Assembly: GCA_032718475.1 (NCBI GenBank)
Contig: JAUCBJ010006686.1
Coordinates: forward strand, 1-39,745
Direction of reading: 5' to 3'
DNA length: 39,745 bases
From: Nemertoderma westbladi
Taxonomy: Eukaryota > Animalia > Xenacoelomorpha
Shown here: positions 1 to 12,413 of the stretch, piece by piece
How positions within the stretch are numbered: the first letter of the stretch is position 1
Layout: each line of letters starts with the position of its first letter
The notes under the pieces: model-generated
Seen by the model: only the letters and a program-made list of their open reading frames with translations
Databases searched by the model: none
Told to the model about the DNA's origin: nothing
Translations under genes and position numbers: made by a program

Positions 1-687
1 TCCATAGGCGCAACCTAAAATCGGCCAGAGTGTGAGCCCAGAACAACGCGAGAGAGGGACACCATCTATGTTTACCAAAAGTTTGCTATTTGCATTTAGA
101 TTACTGTTTTCAAAACCGAAAAATGCCATAAAACCCCCTGAGCATGGATAAACAACACATTCCGAATAGGGCACTATACTTTGATGATCTTTAAGTAGCA
201 CAGAAGTTGTGATGGGAAGGGAAGGGTGATATTCATGCAAAACTCGCAATATTGAAGAAAATACATTATTAGATATGTTGGCACGATTCTCATCCAAACA
301 TGAAGCCAATTTGCAACAAAGAAACGAAGAATGCTCATGCCTATTGGGACTGTGACTAACAACCATAGATCCATTATTACCGGTACTATTATTGACATTC
401 GTATTATTACTACCACCACCATTACAGTATCTTTCAACTTCACCATCACTGGCATCATCAGTAAAATGTTCAAAATCTGAACCTGATCCTATTTCTTGTA
501 ATTCCTGAACAGATATAACTGTACCAGCACTCGAACTACACGAGCCAGATTGAATATCTGGGAGTGGAGAGTCAGTTGGATTGGAATTAATTAAAGATGC
601 AACTTTAATACTCCCAAATACTTCAGCAACTTCATCATCTAGTTTACGCTTCCTTTCCCTAGCCAATTGTCTAACAGAAGTCATCAT
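1..687 (-). CDS. CMC-superfamily (EnSpm/CACTA/Mirage-like) transposase, N-terminal part; runs off the window start
   Basis: My translation from ATG 687 is open for 229 codons to base 1: MMTSVRQLARERKRKL...SILRVLHEYHPSLP...FMAFFG...LVNIDGVPLSRCSGLTLWPILGC. NIDGxPL...WPIL carries the first catalytic Asp of CMC transposases. Absent from the ORF track because there is no stop in the window. Confidence 0.75.
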   Translation of the reverse strand, partial: MMTSVRQLARERKRKLDDEVAEVFGSIKVASLINSNPTDSPLPDIQSGSCSSSAGTVISVQELQEIGSGSDFEHFTDDASDGEVERYCNGGGSNNTNVNNSTGNNGSMVVSHSPNRHEHSSFLCCKLASCLDENRANISNNVFSSILRVLHEYHPSLPITTSVLLKDHQSIVPYSECVVYPCSGGFMAFFGFENSNLNANSKLLVNIDGVPLSRCSGLTLWPILGCAYG

Positions 688-810
688 GCATACATCTAAT
701 CCTGTAATATCTCAGACAGAAAAAACACTACTAACAAATAACTAAGAATAAACTAAAATAAACTAGGGAATTTTAACCAGAAACTGGGGAGTGCATTCCA
801 CGTACAGACG

Positions 811-950
811 TAGGAGGCCCTGGTTCGATCCCTTGACTTGACCAGGTTTTTGGTTTGGGGTTATTCGGAGGACCGTTTTTAAAACACTGCACAAACAGAA
901 AACAGTGCTACACGGTCAAGGCAACAAGGGATCGAACAAGGGGCCTCCTA
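811..950. repeat. Imperfect inverted pair of tRNA-T-arm/B-box-like sequences (possible SINE remnants)
   Basis: TAGGAGGCCCTGGTTCGATCCCTTGACTTGACC (811-843) and a near reverse complement at 914-950; GGTTCGATCC is a Pol III B-box. Confidence 0.45.
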
Positions 951-1002
951 ATTGGCTTAAAATTATACCACTGTCAGTCTGTAACAGCACTATCTGATAT
1001 TC

Positions 1003-1165
1003 CAGGCTGCCAATGGAGTGCAAAAATCGCAACGCGTTATGCGCGGTTTTGAAATAGTGCGCGGTAAAAGTGCGCGGAATTGAAATAAAAGTGCGCAGAA
1101 TTGTGTGAAAAACACCAAAAGTGCACGGTAATCTGTGCAAAATAGTAAAAGTCAAAGTGCACGGA
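1003..1165. mobile_element. Terminus of a hAT-like non-autonomous element with subterminal repeats
   Basis: CAGGCTGCCAA start followed by about five AAAGTGCRCGG-like subterminal repeats; partner end not identified. Confidence 0.35.
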
Positions 1166-1399
1166 TAAGGCTGTAAGGTGTAAAAAAGTTATAAATGTGT
1201 GCAAAACTGCAATTTAATGATAAAAATATTCAGTCAAGGACAGAAAGAGAAGTTAAACTTTCAACTGCTGAAACTTCAACTGCTTCGACTCTAAAATGGC
1301 AGCAGGCAGGAGTTCCAGACCAGAAGGCCCCCACAACTCCAAGACAGAAGGGGTGTTTTTATTGTTTTTATTTGAAATTTTAATTTGAAAAAAGCCTAA

Positions 1400-1548
1400 A
1401 ACCCATTCTGCTAAGTAGGGCATGTACGCCGAACGCGTTCGGCGCACAATTTTTTCCACGCGGATTTTGCACTGTTTTCGACTGCGCAGGCGCACATCTG
1501 CGCCGCGTCGCGTTCGGCGCACAAAAAAGTCACTTAGCATACGGGCCT
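1400..1548. mobile_element. Palindromic MITE fragment
   Basis: Perfect 18-bp palindrome CGCCGAACGCGTTCGGCG (1427-1444), repeated CGCGTTCGGCGCACAA, and TGCTAAGT/ACTTAGCA inverted ends. Confidence 0.4.
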
Positions 1549-2019
1549 AAAACTAGGTTTTTAGGTTTTTGATCACAAAAAGAGCCAAATTGCTTGTGTT
1601 TTTGAAAATTTCTGATGACAAAAATATTTTGGTTTCATGCGCATAAAATGTACATGTACAGACTCTTGAGTTTCTGTCTTAAACTATGCCGACAATAAAA
1701 CCTCACTGCTGGACTGACTAATCTGCTAATATTACCCTATCCCTTTTTAAAACAAAATTTAAATCGATTATTTATTGTAATATAATATATTGTAGGTTTA
1801 TCTGTATCTACAAGGCAATGGGCTGTATAAAATATAATCTTGATCAAATTGATATTATTACTATTTTTTTTTTACAGTATTACTGTAGGGCTATTATTAT
1901 TACAAATCCGGCCCCATATAATTTATCTAACCATAACGAATGAACTGATAAACCAATCAAGCTCAGGCAGTCAGGTCAATCTAATCAATCAACATACAAA
2001 TACAGCCTGAAAGAAATAC

Positions 2020-2123
2020 TACAAAAACCTAGCGGTAACATTCAATAAACCTGCAAAAACCTTCCAAAAACCTGCAAAAACCTAATTTTTGTTTTGAAAA
2101 ACCTAAGGTTTTTGCCAGCCCTG
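2020..2123. mobile_element. Right end of a hAT-like MITE
   Basis: AAAAACCT subterminal repeats ending in GGTTTTTGCCAGCCCTG (CAGGG-type TIR). Confidence 0.4.
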
Positions 2124-2324
2124 GCCGGTATATAATGAAATATCGATAATGGATTCCAACTCCATATTTCAGTACCGGTCTGCCGGTATTACAGTAGGCC
2201 TATTAATAACCGGATTATTAATAAACCGGAAAGAGTTTAGCCCGCATTTTGGAAAGGTTGATATATCCCGATCGAGATAGGCCTATGTCAGTAGACCTAC
2301 TGCAGTACCTACAGTCAGCTGGTC

Positions 2325-2735
2325 AGGAACACTGGTCACAATATGTCCAATTTACAGCCAGAATGTGTCCGCGGAAAACGCTCTCAGAGTGAAATTTCTC
2401 CATAGAAAACAATGCTAAATTTCATTTGAAAACCGGCAGTGAAATTTAAACATTGGCATTCTAAAAATTATGCCATTAGAATCGCCATAAAATTCTGTAT
2501 AAATTGATTTGAGAATTAGAATCTCATCGTTGGGATAACTATCATACAGTCATAATATTAAAAATAAAAATGTGCCCAGCTTCTGCTTTGAGTACTATTG
2601 GAGTAACAGCCAAATATGTCCGGAAATATAATCGCAGCCTGTGAAGGACAAATAGTGGCTGCACGGACACTTTCTGGCTGTAAATATGTGGACAATTTTT
2701 GGCTGAGCTTCAGCCAGAAAGTGACCAGTGTTCCT
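2325..2735. mobile_element. MITE, 411 bp
   Basis: Perfect 15-bp TIR AGGAACACTGGTCAC (2325-2339) / GTGACCAGTGTTCCT (2721-2735), plus a subterminal inverted repeat TTTACAGCCAGAATGTGTCCG / CGGACACTTTCTGGCTGTAAA. Confidence 0.65.
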
Positions 2736-4240
2736 AACTGACCTATGTAAGTAAATATTGTAAGTAAATATGTTTTTTCCAGCCCTGGCTGCCCTATTGA
2801 AAAGTTTTATTTCTATTTTATTTTATAAGATCATCCGAACTTGCGTTCGCCATTCGGCGCTTAGTACAGTAGTAGTATTTAATGCAGTAATGCTGAAATG
2901 CACAACGAGAACGAGCACCTGTCAGCCTGTCTCACCCGAACACGCATCTGGTTTGCGGTCATTTCATTCGCCCAGGCAGCCAGGTGCAGCGGTGCAGGCT
3001 GGCAGGTACCGGCTGACCGGTAGCTGGGTAGCAGGTAGGCCTACCGGTCTGCCGGTACGCGTCTGAGTGTGCAGCATGAATTCAGGAATTCCAACGTGGC
3101 ATATACTGAGGACCGACGGTACTGATATACAGAAATAGGCCTACTGACTGACTGGACATGTACGTACTGACGTACGTCATACATTCAGACATTGTGCATG
3201 TATCAGAGTATCTGTAGGCCAATCTCAGTCTCACTTCTCCTTCTCCAGTTCTCTCTCACGCTCACCACAGGCTGCAACTGCACTGTACTGCTGTATATGT
3301 CCAACATCCAACTACAGAACTACAAACTGACAAACAACATCAGAACATAAACCTGTCCGCTGTCCTACTGTCTGATTGTCCTACAGTCCTAAGCTACTAC
3401 AGTCAGACAGTACTACTGTACTACACTGTACTAGACTGCTAGACTGTACTGTCAGTGTCAGACTGTAGGTACAGACAGGCCACAGGCAGAGGTAAGACTG
3501 TACGGCAGTACGGTACGGTACTCTACTCAGGTACACGTACAAGACGTACATACAAGACGTAGATCATGCAGTCCACAGTCTGGCAGTAGGCAGGATGGTA
3601 GTCCCTTCCTGGTCCTGCATTCTCCATTTCTACCTACAGTAGAAAGCTACGGGACATCCAGCACCAGTAAGTTCAAGCTGCGCTGAGGTAAAGGATATGA
3701 CAGTCATTAGGTCGAGGCGTACAACTGTACATGTATTACAGTTTATATTATTACTAGCCAGTAAGCCATCGCACAGATCGCAGATGGATGAATAATGCAA
3801 TAACTAAATAGTTTATTAAAAATAAATTTGACAAATGAATTATTATTAATGACCCAGACTATGCCCAATCATGAATCACTGCTTGCAATACATTATGGGT
3901 AATCTTTTTATAAAAATCACATAATCGTAATTTTAAGCTAGCATAATGTCTGCAATAAGTTAGCAGAAAATTAAACAATTTTAAGCTCGCATAAAGCTTA
4001 CATATTACAAGCACTAAATATCTCCCCCCAGCATGGCGGATATAGCAAATGATTAATTAATAGCTTGCATTACATTAACAATTTGACATTTATAACAATG
4101 TTTTACTCTATTTATTAAAAACACAATAAAATAGCATTAACTGTGATGTTAACCAAAATGCTTGCAATTTGTTAGCACAAGTATGTAAAGTGCAGCGGTT
4201 GTGTCACATGCCAGCATTATGCAAGCTTTTTGCTAGGGTG

Positions 4241-4405
4241 GATTTTGACCCAGCTCCGATCTTTGAGGGTTTTTGGGTGGCGCAGTTTAAGGTCTACTGT
4301 GTATGTCTTCCTTCCCCGGCATCCGAAGGCCCACTTTATGCTTTAGGTCCATTAGTGCTTCCTTTTCTGCTTCCGACCACATCCGCCGCACTGTAAGTTT
4401 CCGTC
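4241..4405 (-). pseudogene. Myb/SANT-like C-terminal exon resembling CryptonV-type element proteins
   Basis: Minus-strand translation RRMWSEAEKEAL...RMPGKEDI...TLKDRSWVKI, preceded by a TTTCAAAG acceptor; internal stop. Confidence 0.45.
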
Positions 4406-7365
4406 CTTTGAAATAATAATTATACATGTAATTTAATATTTGATGAATTACACAAAAGTCACTACGCTTGAAATAGGCATATTAATTCGCTTTTAATACA
4501 CTTGAATAAATTAAGAGGCAAAACTAAGATTCGTGGTCGTCTGTGTAGTATCGACGGCGTATTTTAAAATTTCAAATTTCAAGAAATATGATGGAGGAAG
4601 GTTATACGCTATTCAACTGATTACTAACAGCTGATCACTCTCAAAAATAAAACTGTATCCATTCCTATTGACTAGTATTTTGGTTAGAATAACGTACCAC
4701 AAGTAACCTTCTTTCATAATTGATAATTTACATTGAGATGATATATAATTTGCCGAGATATGATTTGCGTCAAGTGAGATTTGCCACCGCCTCCCTGTTT
4801 TATGTTTCTCTTTGGCGAATGACAATGTTAATTGTCAATTAATTAAGCGAAAGTCCAGATTACATTGACACTAACGAAACATATTTTTTACTATGTTTTA
4901 CTATTTCACAAAACAATAAACGAAGGTCAATAGCCGAATTATCGAATAGGCCTATCCTTTCTTTTAATAAGAATAATATTATACTGTATTATTATTATAC
5001 ATTATTCAATTTATATATTTATTTATCTACTAACTTTTACTGGCTGTTCCAAGAAAGTTTTCAACACGTTTTGTGGTTTGACTATCACTTTCGCTATGAC
5101 CTTCTTCTTCCTCATTCGAACTTTGGTCTAAAATAATAAATTAACAAATTTAATTATTATATTTTGGTCTGTCGATCAAACAGAGTCGATTTTTCGGTCC
5201 GGTCGCAGCATCAAATTTTTGTAAATTCGAATCTTATTTGATCTGATATAATCTAAGATATGGGTTTTTGTCCGCTGATTAACGCATTTCATATCTGTAG
5301 AACGTGATGAAAAAGTTAGATTGTTATGTTTTTAATAATTAATGCAATGTTACTTTTCCCTTGGGGAAAACAGTACTCATTTTTCTCCCGATTTTCGTGT
5401 ATATTCGGGCGAAAAAGTAACAATTTAAGATTCATCTACTTCTTTCCTAATTTATTGAAGTTAGTTAGATTATTCATTAAAATATGTATTATATTTTCAA
5501 GTCGGCGTGAAATACACCGTGAAATAAAGTAAACACAATGATGGGATATGGGGTGCTATATCTCACGGCGTGAAATAAAGTAGCAGTATTCTTTCAGTAT
5601 GATTGTACCGTATTCTACTGTCACGATAAATTAGGCCTTACTGTAAGTCATTCATCACAGCACAAGCTACAGTCCCAATCCCAATAAACATTAACTTGGT
5701 CATTTTGGCGGCCAAAACGACCAAAATGGCCAAATATAAATTGCGGCATTCATGAAAGGAACTTCTGAGGCAAGTTGGCCTGTCAATCACAGCCAGTGAA
5801 TAGAGGCTGAGTGTAAGTAAAGCCCAGGATGTTGGCAGATAGAAAAAGGCTTCGATTTCCGGACATTCCCTCCCCAACCCCCCCCCCCCCCCCCCCCCCC
5901 CCCCGGACAGTTCCGTTCCGTTCGAGTAGGACACTACTGTTTTATATTTCGCACGCTCATTTTTCATTTTGTAAGGTAAACGGATCGCTTGTATCCAGGC
6001 AAGTTGTACAGTATCAGTATCCAATTTCCCTTTCTTAGCTCAGAAATTTATATTTTGCATCCCGATTTTACATTTTGTATCCACGTTTTATTTATGGATT
6101 TCATCAATTCAATTACACTGTATTGTTTGCTAATCTTTAAACAATTAATTAGATGACCTATATATTCCATCTGTTTCTCCTGTTCAAAGCAAAATCTAAT
6201 CATGAATACTTTTTTACTGTAACTCGTAACTCAACCAATTGGTCCTTTTTCGAAGAAATCCTACATGGGCATTTTGGAGCTAACCCGCCACTACTGCTTG
6301 GCTCACTGGAAGTGTATTTAGGTAAAGCTCTATTGTAGGCTGTGGCTCTGTTTAAGCTTAGCTGAGCCAAGACGACAGACATTAGGATGGGAACACGAAC
6401 ACACCATATTATCCTTCCCCTATTCATTTCAATGGTAGCCAGCTTGTCTTTCCCGCACTGGGGGTAGACCATTGCCATTGGTTAGCTGTATGCTATTATA
6501 TAAGAACGACCCCCCCCCCCACCCCCACCCCCCCCGCCCCCATAGCATTACAGTGTGTACAGTTGGGATATACTAGCTCTGCTATTGCCCAACTGTACTT
6601 GCATTCAATATTATATACAACCAATAATTAATTGTTCGTGCAATAATGTAATGTTATGAAAGAAATAATAATTAAAGTTAAAAGTTATGAGCTTAATGTC
6701 TCCATCCAAATATTCAAACTTAACTTCAATAAGGTCATTAAGCTTTTGTATAGCGGCAGCCCAGTTCTCTTTGTCAGCCTTGCGTGCCATTGCGGAACAG
6801 GCAGATAGAGGGTATTGATTGCAGGATTGAGTATTTAAGTTCAGTATTTATTTGCAAGTATTGGTCTGAGCCGGACTTAGGTAGGCAGTCAGCAGTAGCA
6901 GTACATTACAGCCATACTACTACTGTACTCGTAGTCAGCTACAATTTACTACAATGCTTACTACATGCATTACTACAGCTACAATGTTCAATTTTACTGT
7001 ATGTTCAATTTTACCGTAGGCCTATGTAAATTGTTTTTATTATATTACAATATAATAATATTCTGTATTTTAGGAAGGACCTACGTTTTTATAATAGCTA
7101 AATTTATTATAATAGCTAACATAATTTCAATATAATCTTGTGTATAACGGTATACCTATTTGTGTGCCATTTTGGTATGTTATTTTAATTACATAAACGT
7201 TTCACTGCAGTTCATTTGTGTAATGATTTATTTAATCAATAAATATTTATCTCCTAATTATTAAAAGCAAAGAAATATGTGTATTATTAGAATTTATATT
7301 TTTCCTTAATTTCAAACCCTCTTTTTTTATTTTCCTTCCCTTTCGTCCTTGTTCATTTTTTTAAC

Positions 7366-7655
7366 GGCGCAAGTGATGATTATTCTCAATTTTGGTGATG
7401 GACAACTTTTAGTTCTCCTACGGCATTAATATTATGCTCATTAGAACCACAATGATTTAGTGGGGGTAGACACCATCAAAACAACCACAGAGCGAATAGA
7501 TCTTGAGATATTGCAGAAAATGTTAAGTACGGCACAAGTCAACATTACCGCCTTGATGATTTATAGACAAATACACAAAAATTTTACTTCTAATTATCTT
7601 AAGGCATGAAAAATATACACACGTTCGTGGGGCCTTCGCGCAGCACGAGGCCCAG
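7366..7655 (+). mobile_element. Non-autonomous repeat (Helentron/DINE-like), copy A
   Basis: 7366-7558 is a diverged reverse complement of 9480-9662 and is followed by a GGGCCT...AGGCCC hairpin near 7629-7653. Confidence 0.4.
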
Positions 7656-7866
7656 TTATGAGATACAAATTAAAATTGAGCGACTGTATCACAAAATCAG
7701 GTTTTGAGAAATTTACCCACACCACCAATCAATCAAAGAAAGGGGGACAGTACGTGTTCACCCCTTTTAATCCCCCCCCCCCCCCCACCCTTCCCAACCA
7801 CCAATACATAACCGCGACATCTACCACCCACGGAAGGGTAGCACGAACTTATTTCCAATCGCACGT

Positions 7867-8159
7867 TCAATATGCAAAGCCAGGTGGTTTATAGGAATAT
7901 AATAAACGCAGTACTCGTATTCATTATAAGCCTCGTTGCGTTCGTCCTGTTTTGTATTTAAATATATTTCTTAAACGCAGGCTAGGACGTTCTTTATAAT
8001 AATAATAACTAGGGATGCGATCAATATGTGAAGCCAGGTGGTTTATATAATAATTTAGTCAACGCAGTACTCGTCTTCATTATATGCCTCGTTGCGCTCG
8101 TCGCTTGTCCTGTTTTGTTATAAAATATTTTTCCTAAACGCAGACTGACGATCTTTATA
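7867..8159. repeat. Two diverged direct repeats, period about 154 bp
   Basis: TCAATATG..AAGCCAGGTGGTTTATA...AACGCAGTACTCGT...CCTCGTTGCG starts at 7867 and at 8021. Confidence 0.8.
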
Positions 8160-8989
8160 CAGTTATAACTATGCGAAGTTTCGAAACTGTGCGAGTAACT
8201 GTTGATACATCTATGTGGATATGTGTGATATGTGGAGATGTGTGATACAACGCCAACGCATCTTATGCCGATGTAGTAATATGGGTATTGAAATAATATT
8301 AAATTAATGTACACTCTTAAAGCTGCAGCGAAAAAATGTAGCTAATTTCCTAGGTTACATATAAAATAATAATATTATTTTTAAGAACATTAATTTTACT
8401 ACTTTGCAAAAATTCAATTAAAAAATAACCAGACATATACATTGTGGAATAAACTATTTCAGAAGCCTACACAACAGCCATGCCATGGATAGTATTTATG
8501 TTATGATATCTGTCATTCACCTGAGATAGCAATACAACATTTATAGTGAATTTAAAGAATGCTGTCTGGGCTGGAATAGCAATACTGGTTGTCTATTACT
8601 ATTCCTCTCTGGTTAGTCTTAGCAACAACTCCCAGCCAGCAGCAGAGACTTGACCAATAATCATTCCCAGCAACTGGGAATGACACACACATCCCATCTA
8701 TGTACCAGCATGTTGGCCAATAAATGAGCAGTATTTAATGAGAATAAATTTTTTTTGCCGTTTTAATTACTTTAGATCAATTAAAGACACAATTATTAAA
8801 GCAAATCACTTGAACTAATTAAAAACTATAATAGAATGGCGTATGGGGATTACATCTGTATAGTTTTTAATTATAATTATTTAAATCTTATACTGTAAAA
8901 CAATTAATTTCCTTTAAAAGGCAGGTTGAAAATGGTGTTTTTACCGTAATAACTTAATTAACTAATTAACTGCTATTATCTTAGCTTCT

Positions 8990-9190
8990 CGAAGGCCACA
9001 CTGAAATTCTACTTGGAAAATTTCTAAACTTTTGCCAAACAACATGTGTACCAAGTTTGGATAGATTTCATCAAAGATTGGCCGAGTTATTAACGTTTAA
9101 AATTGAACACGACAGAACGACAGAACGACAGAACGACAGGTTGATTAATGGTACCACTACGCTAAGGCTCACTCACTTCGTGGCTCGCCC
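8990..9190 (+). mobile_element. Helentron/DINE-1-like non-autonomous element, 3' part
   Basis: TGTACCAAGTTT...GGCCGAGTTAT core, (ACGACAGA)n microsatellite and a short GC-rich terminal segment, the usual layout of these elements. Confidence 0.35.
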
Positions 9191-9479
9191 CACATCACTG
9201 CAACAAATTGATTTAGTGTATACAGACAACTTCAAAATTAAAGAGTAGTACAGAATTCACTATAGTTTTTGTACAAAATGTGTGGAATGGGTCAACTCAA
9301 TATCAAGTATTAATTGGTGGACATAGACTTGACATTTTGTAAAATAACTCAAGAACTAATGACTCTATTCTTATTTTGAAGGTGTCTCCTCCCACTGTAT
9401 CGATCATTTCTGTGATGTGTCTATTCGTGATTCCTTGAGATAATTCAAAATATCATTTTTAGTGTATTTGTCCATATCA

Positions 9480-9662
9480 CATCAAGGCGGTAATGTAGAC
9501 TTGTGCCGGACTTCACATTTTCTGCGATATCTCAAGAACTATTTGCTCTACGTTTGTTTTGAAGGTGTCTATCCCCACTAAATCGGCCATTGTGGTTCTA
9601 ATGAGCATAGGAGAACTCAAAGTTGGCCATTGCGAAAATTGAGAATAATCATCACTTGCGCC
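9480..9662 (-). mobile_element. Non-autonomous repeat, copy B (inverted relative to 7366-7558)
   Basis: Aligns by eye with the reverse complement of 7366-7558. Confidence 0.6.
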
Positions 9663-11344
9663 AAATGGTAGGTTCTGGCCACGTGCCTGTGGCACTAGTT
9701 CCCTTGATCCAAAAATTAAAATTTTGGTATCTAACTAAGTTTGGACCCATTTGATGACATTTGATGCATGCAGGAAGTTCTTTTTTGAGTCATTGATCTT
9801 TCATCAATGTGTTAAATTGTTATAAATTTCATTATTGTGCATCGCGATGACACAAAATTTCAACCCTCTTGGGATCCGTGAAGATATAGACGAAATTTAA
9901 AGAAACTTTTTTTGCCTTATTTTTTTTACCATTTGACAACTTTTGTGCACCGGTAGAACAATTAAATCGAAAAAAAGTAAAAAACGCACCGCCCTACCAT
10001 ACACACTCCATGAATCTCCATGTGGTCTTGTATATAGTTCTCTCTCTACCAATACAGCCCATGTCCACAATGTTACGCCTTGGGGGCTCTCTCATCTACC
10101 TGATATAAGACATAGGCGCACCGCACGCAAATCTTTTGTTGGTCCCAGCAAGTCAGCCTCCTGTTGTGTGATCTAGAAGATAACTCGCCATTGAATTAAT
10201 GTAGTGACCTACCAATCAGATGACTTATGCGAGCTAAATGAATGGAAGCAGTGTTAACGCAAAGATGTTCTTTGCGGTTTCAGTTTACTTATTTTTGCAT
10301 GATTTAAGTTTAAAGTTCATTTTATATCGATAAAGTTGGTTTGGTCTGATATGCATGGATTGTAACTTGACGCCATCTAGCGTCGTTATATATATATAGT
10401 TAACTGGACTTGAATGCCGAATTTGTGAGTCTAGGCAGCGTTACTGCACATTATTGTAGGGATATAAAGCATCAGGTTTAATGCATTTCCGGCACTCTAA
10501 TTCATTTGACATTAATTGTTTAGTAGAGTCGCACATATACATGTAAAGGGTAAAGCCCCAGTCAACTATGATTATTACTTTTTCGTCTCTGTTATCTACA
10601 ATAATTATACATTTGTTGGTTATAATTATTTGTTATAATATTTGACATTAAACTGGTAAATTCAATTTATTTGCTTCTGTTACTTGATTACTACCTCACT
10701 GTTACATCGAGATCAAAGACATTTTCTAGACATCAAACCCAGGTAGGTCTCTATAGCCAAACATTATTGATAACCTGAACAATCATGTCAGACTTATATG
10801 TGTTGTCTTACCTCTAACTCAAAAATAATATGTGTGTTGTCTTACCTCTAACTCAATAAATAATTAATCTATGGTGATATTTCTGACCTGTAATGCAAGC
10901 GAAGCCCTTATTATTGATAACATCATGATTGAGCGTTGCTATAAATTGAATACCGTAGTGATTATAATAATATAAACAGATATAGAATAGTCGCAATACG
11001 TTTCCCCTAAAGGGAAACACAATTACCAGAATTGAGCCCTTACGTAAATAATTAGTCAGACATTTACTTATTGTATTGTGCCACCATACACTCTCGGTAC
11101 TGTATATTAGTGAAATATAATAGATTACCGTTATAGACTGAGCGAAACATTGAGCAAATCGATACAATTGTGGGGAAGAGGGAATAAAAGTGATTCACTT
11201 GAGCGGCCTTCCATTGCAGGTAGACTAGCGCCATTACCGTTTCAGTGTTTCAGACTGGGTGTTTTACTCACGTTCTTACGTGCTCTACAAAACAATCGGA
11301 GAGTCAAAATATATAAAATAGGGGTTAAAAATGTATTTTTTGTC

Positions 11345-11735
11345 AAATGCGCTAACAGCCACGCTATACTCCTAACTTTAACCACAATACTCCCCACTCC
11401 CCACAATATAACATTTGGAGATGGCACCTACCACATTTCCCCCAATGATTCCACCATGCCACATATTCCCTTCTCATCTCTCGCACACAAAACCCACAAT
11501 ACTCCCCTTCACCCAGCATCGACTTGCTACACCTTCCACCATTTTTCCAAAGCTCCCCTTCAGATCTACTCCCTGCAACATTAATCCTTATCAAGTTAGT
11601 TGACCTGTACTTTCTCTTTCTTCTAATCACAGGAATCCAATCTGCTCCCTCACAAACAGGCATCTCCACTTTCTCAACCTCACCATTACTCTTTACACAG
11701 TCTGATACCAGTCAGATCAGTAAGTTTAACAGTAG
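11345..11735 (-). mobile_element. Fragment of an unidentified Cys-rich repeat-family ORF, copy 1
   Basis: About 11470-11735 is the reverse complement of about 18022-18295; both encode EMPVCEGADWIPVxRRKRKYRSTNLIRINV...RCSK.ML..EEYCGFC. Confidence 0.55.
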
Positions 11736-12185
11736 GTCTCTCAGCTCAGCTCTCCGGGCAAATACCACACCCTGGTTTGCCATTCCACAGGGTGGGTGTC
11801 GCAGTGGAGTCAGATATGAGGCCCATCACCCATACCTACTCTGGCGCACATGTACCCCTGCTGTCAGGTGCAGGTCACAGTGAAGTGCACTGAGAGTGGA
11901 CATAAGAACACTCTACTCCTGACCAGCCATTGGTAGATCACCATCTGCTTGGCCAGGCCTTATACCCCTGCAGCCAAGTATATGGGTCCTTAATCCATGA
12001 CTATATATCAAGAATGATATTACTATACTGTAAGTCTAATATCTATAGTTAATTTGCTTTAAATGAAGCCAGTAAAATATTGATTCGTCGCATATACTGT
12101 AGAAGCAATGAACATGGTGGCAGATGTCTATAATTTAACATTAGACAGTATGTACAAGCGAGTCAAGTACGGAGCTTAAATAAAA

Positions 12186-12350
12186 ATGACAATAGATACA
12201 TATATAACTCTAGTTTCAGATAGCTCTTTAAATACATATCCCAATAATAGTCCTAGTGAGTTTACTGTTGATTTAGCTGAAGAATTATATGTTGGGACAA
12301 ACGCTAAAATTGGGCTTGCTGAAATCCAATATCAAGCAATGTATTATTAA
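12186..12350 (+). pseudogene. Polinton/Maverick (adintovirus-like) minor capsid/penton N-terminal fragment
   Basis: MTIDTYITLVSDSSLNTYPNNSPSEFTVDLAEELYVGTNAKIGLAEIQY matches the YITLxSxSS..xPxN....F...L.........GLxEIxY start of Polinton pentons; truncated at 54 aa. Confidence 0.65.
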
Positions 12351-12413
12351 TTATTAAGCAATTAAGTAATTATTAAGCGATAGTCTTTGGCAATTTACTG
12401 TTCTTCCATTTGT

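Noticed and set aside
5638-5850. Hydrophobic minus-strand peptide vaguely like class C GPCR TM5-TM6 (FHECRNLYLAI)
   Set aside because: Too short, no flanking exons, and similarity too weak to call a host gene.
6210-6480. Possible LINE endonuclease-RT linker (NSTNWSFFEEIL)
   Set aside because: A single weak motif with no endonuclease or RT sequence adjacent.
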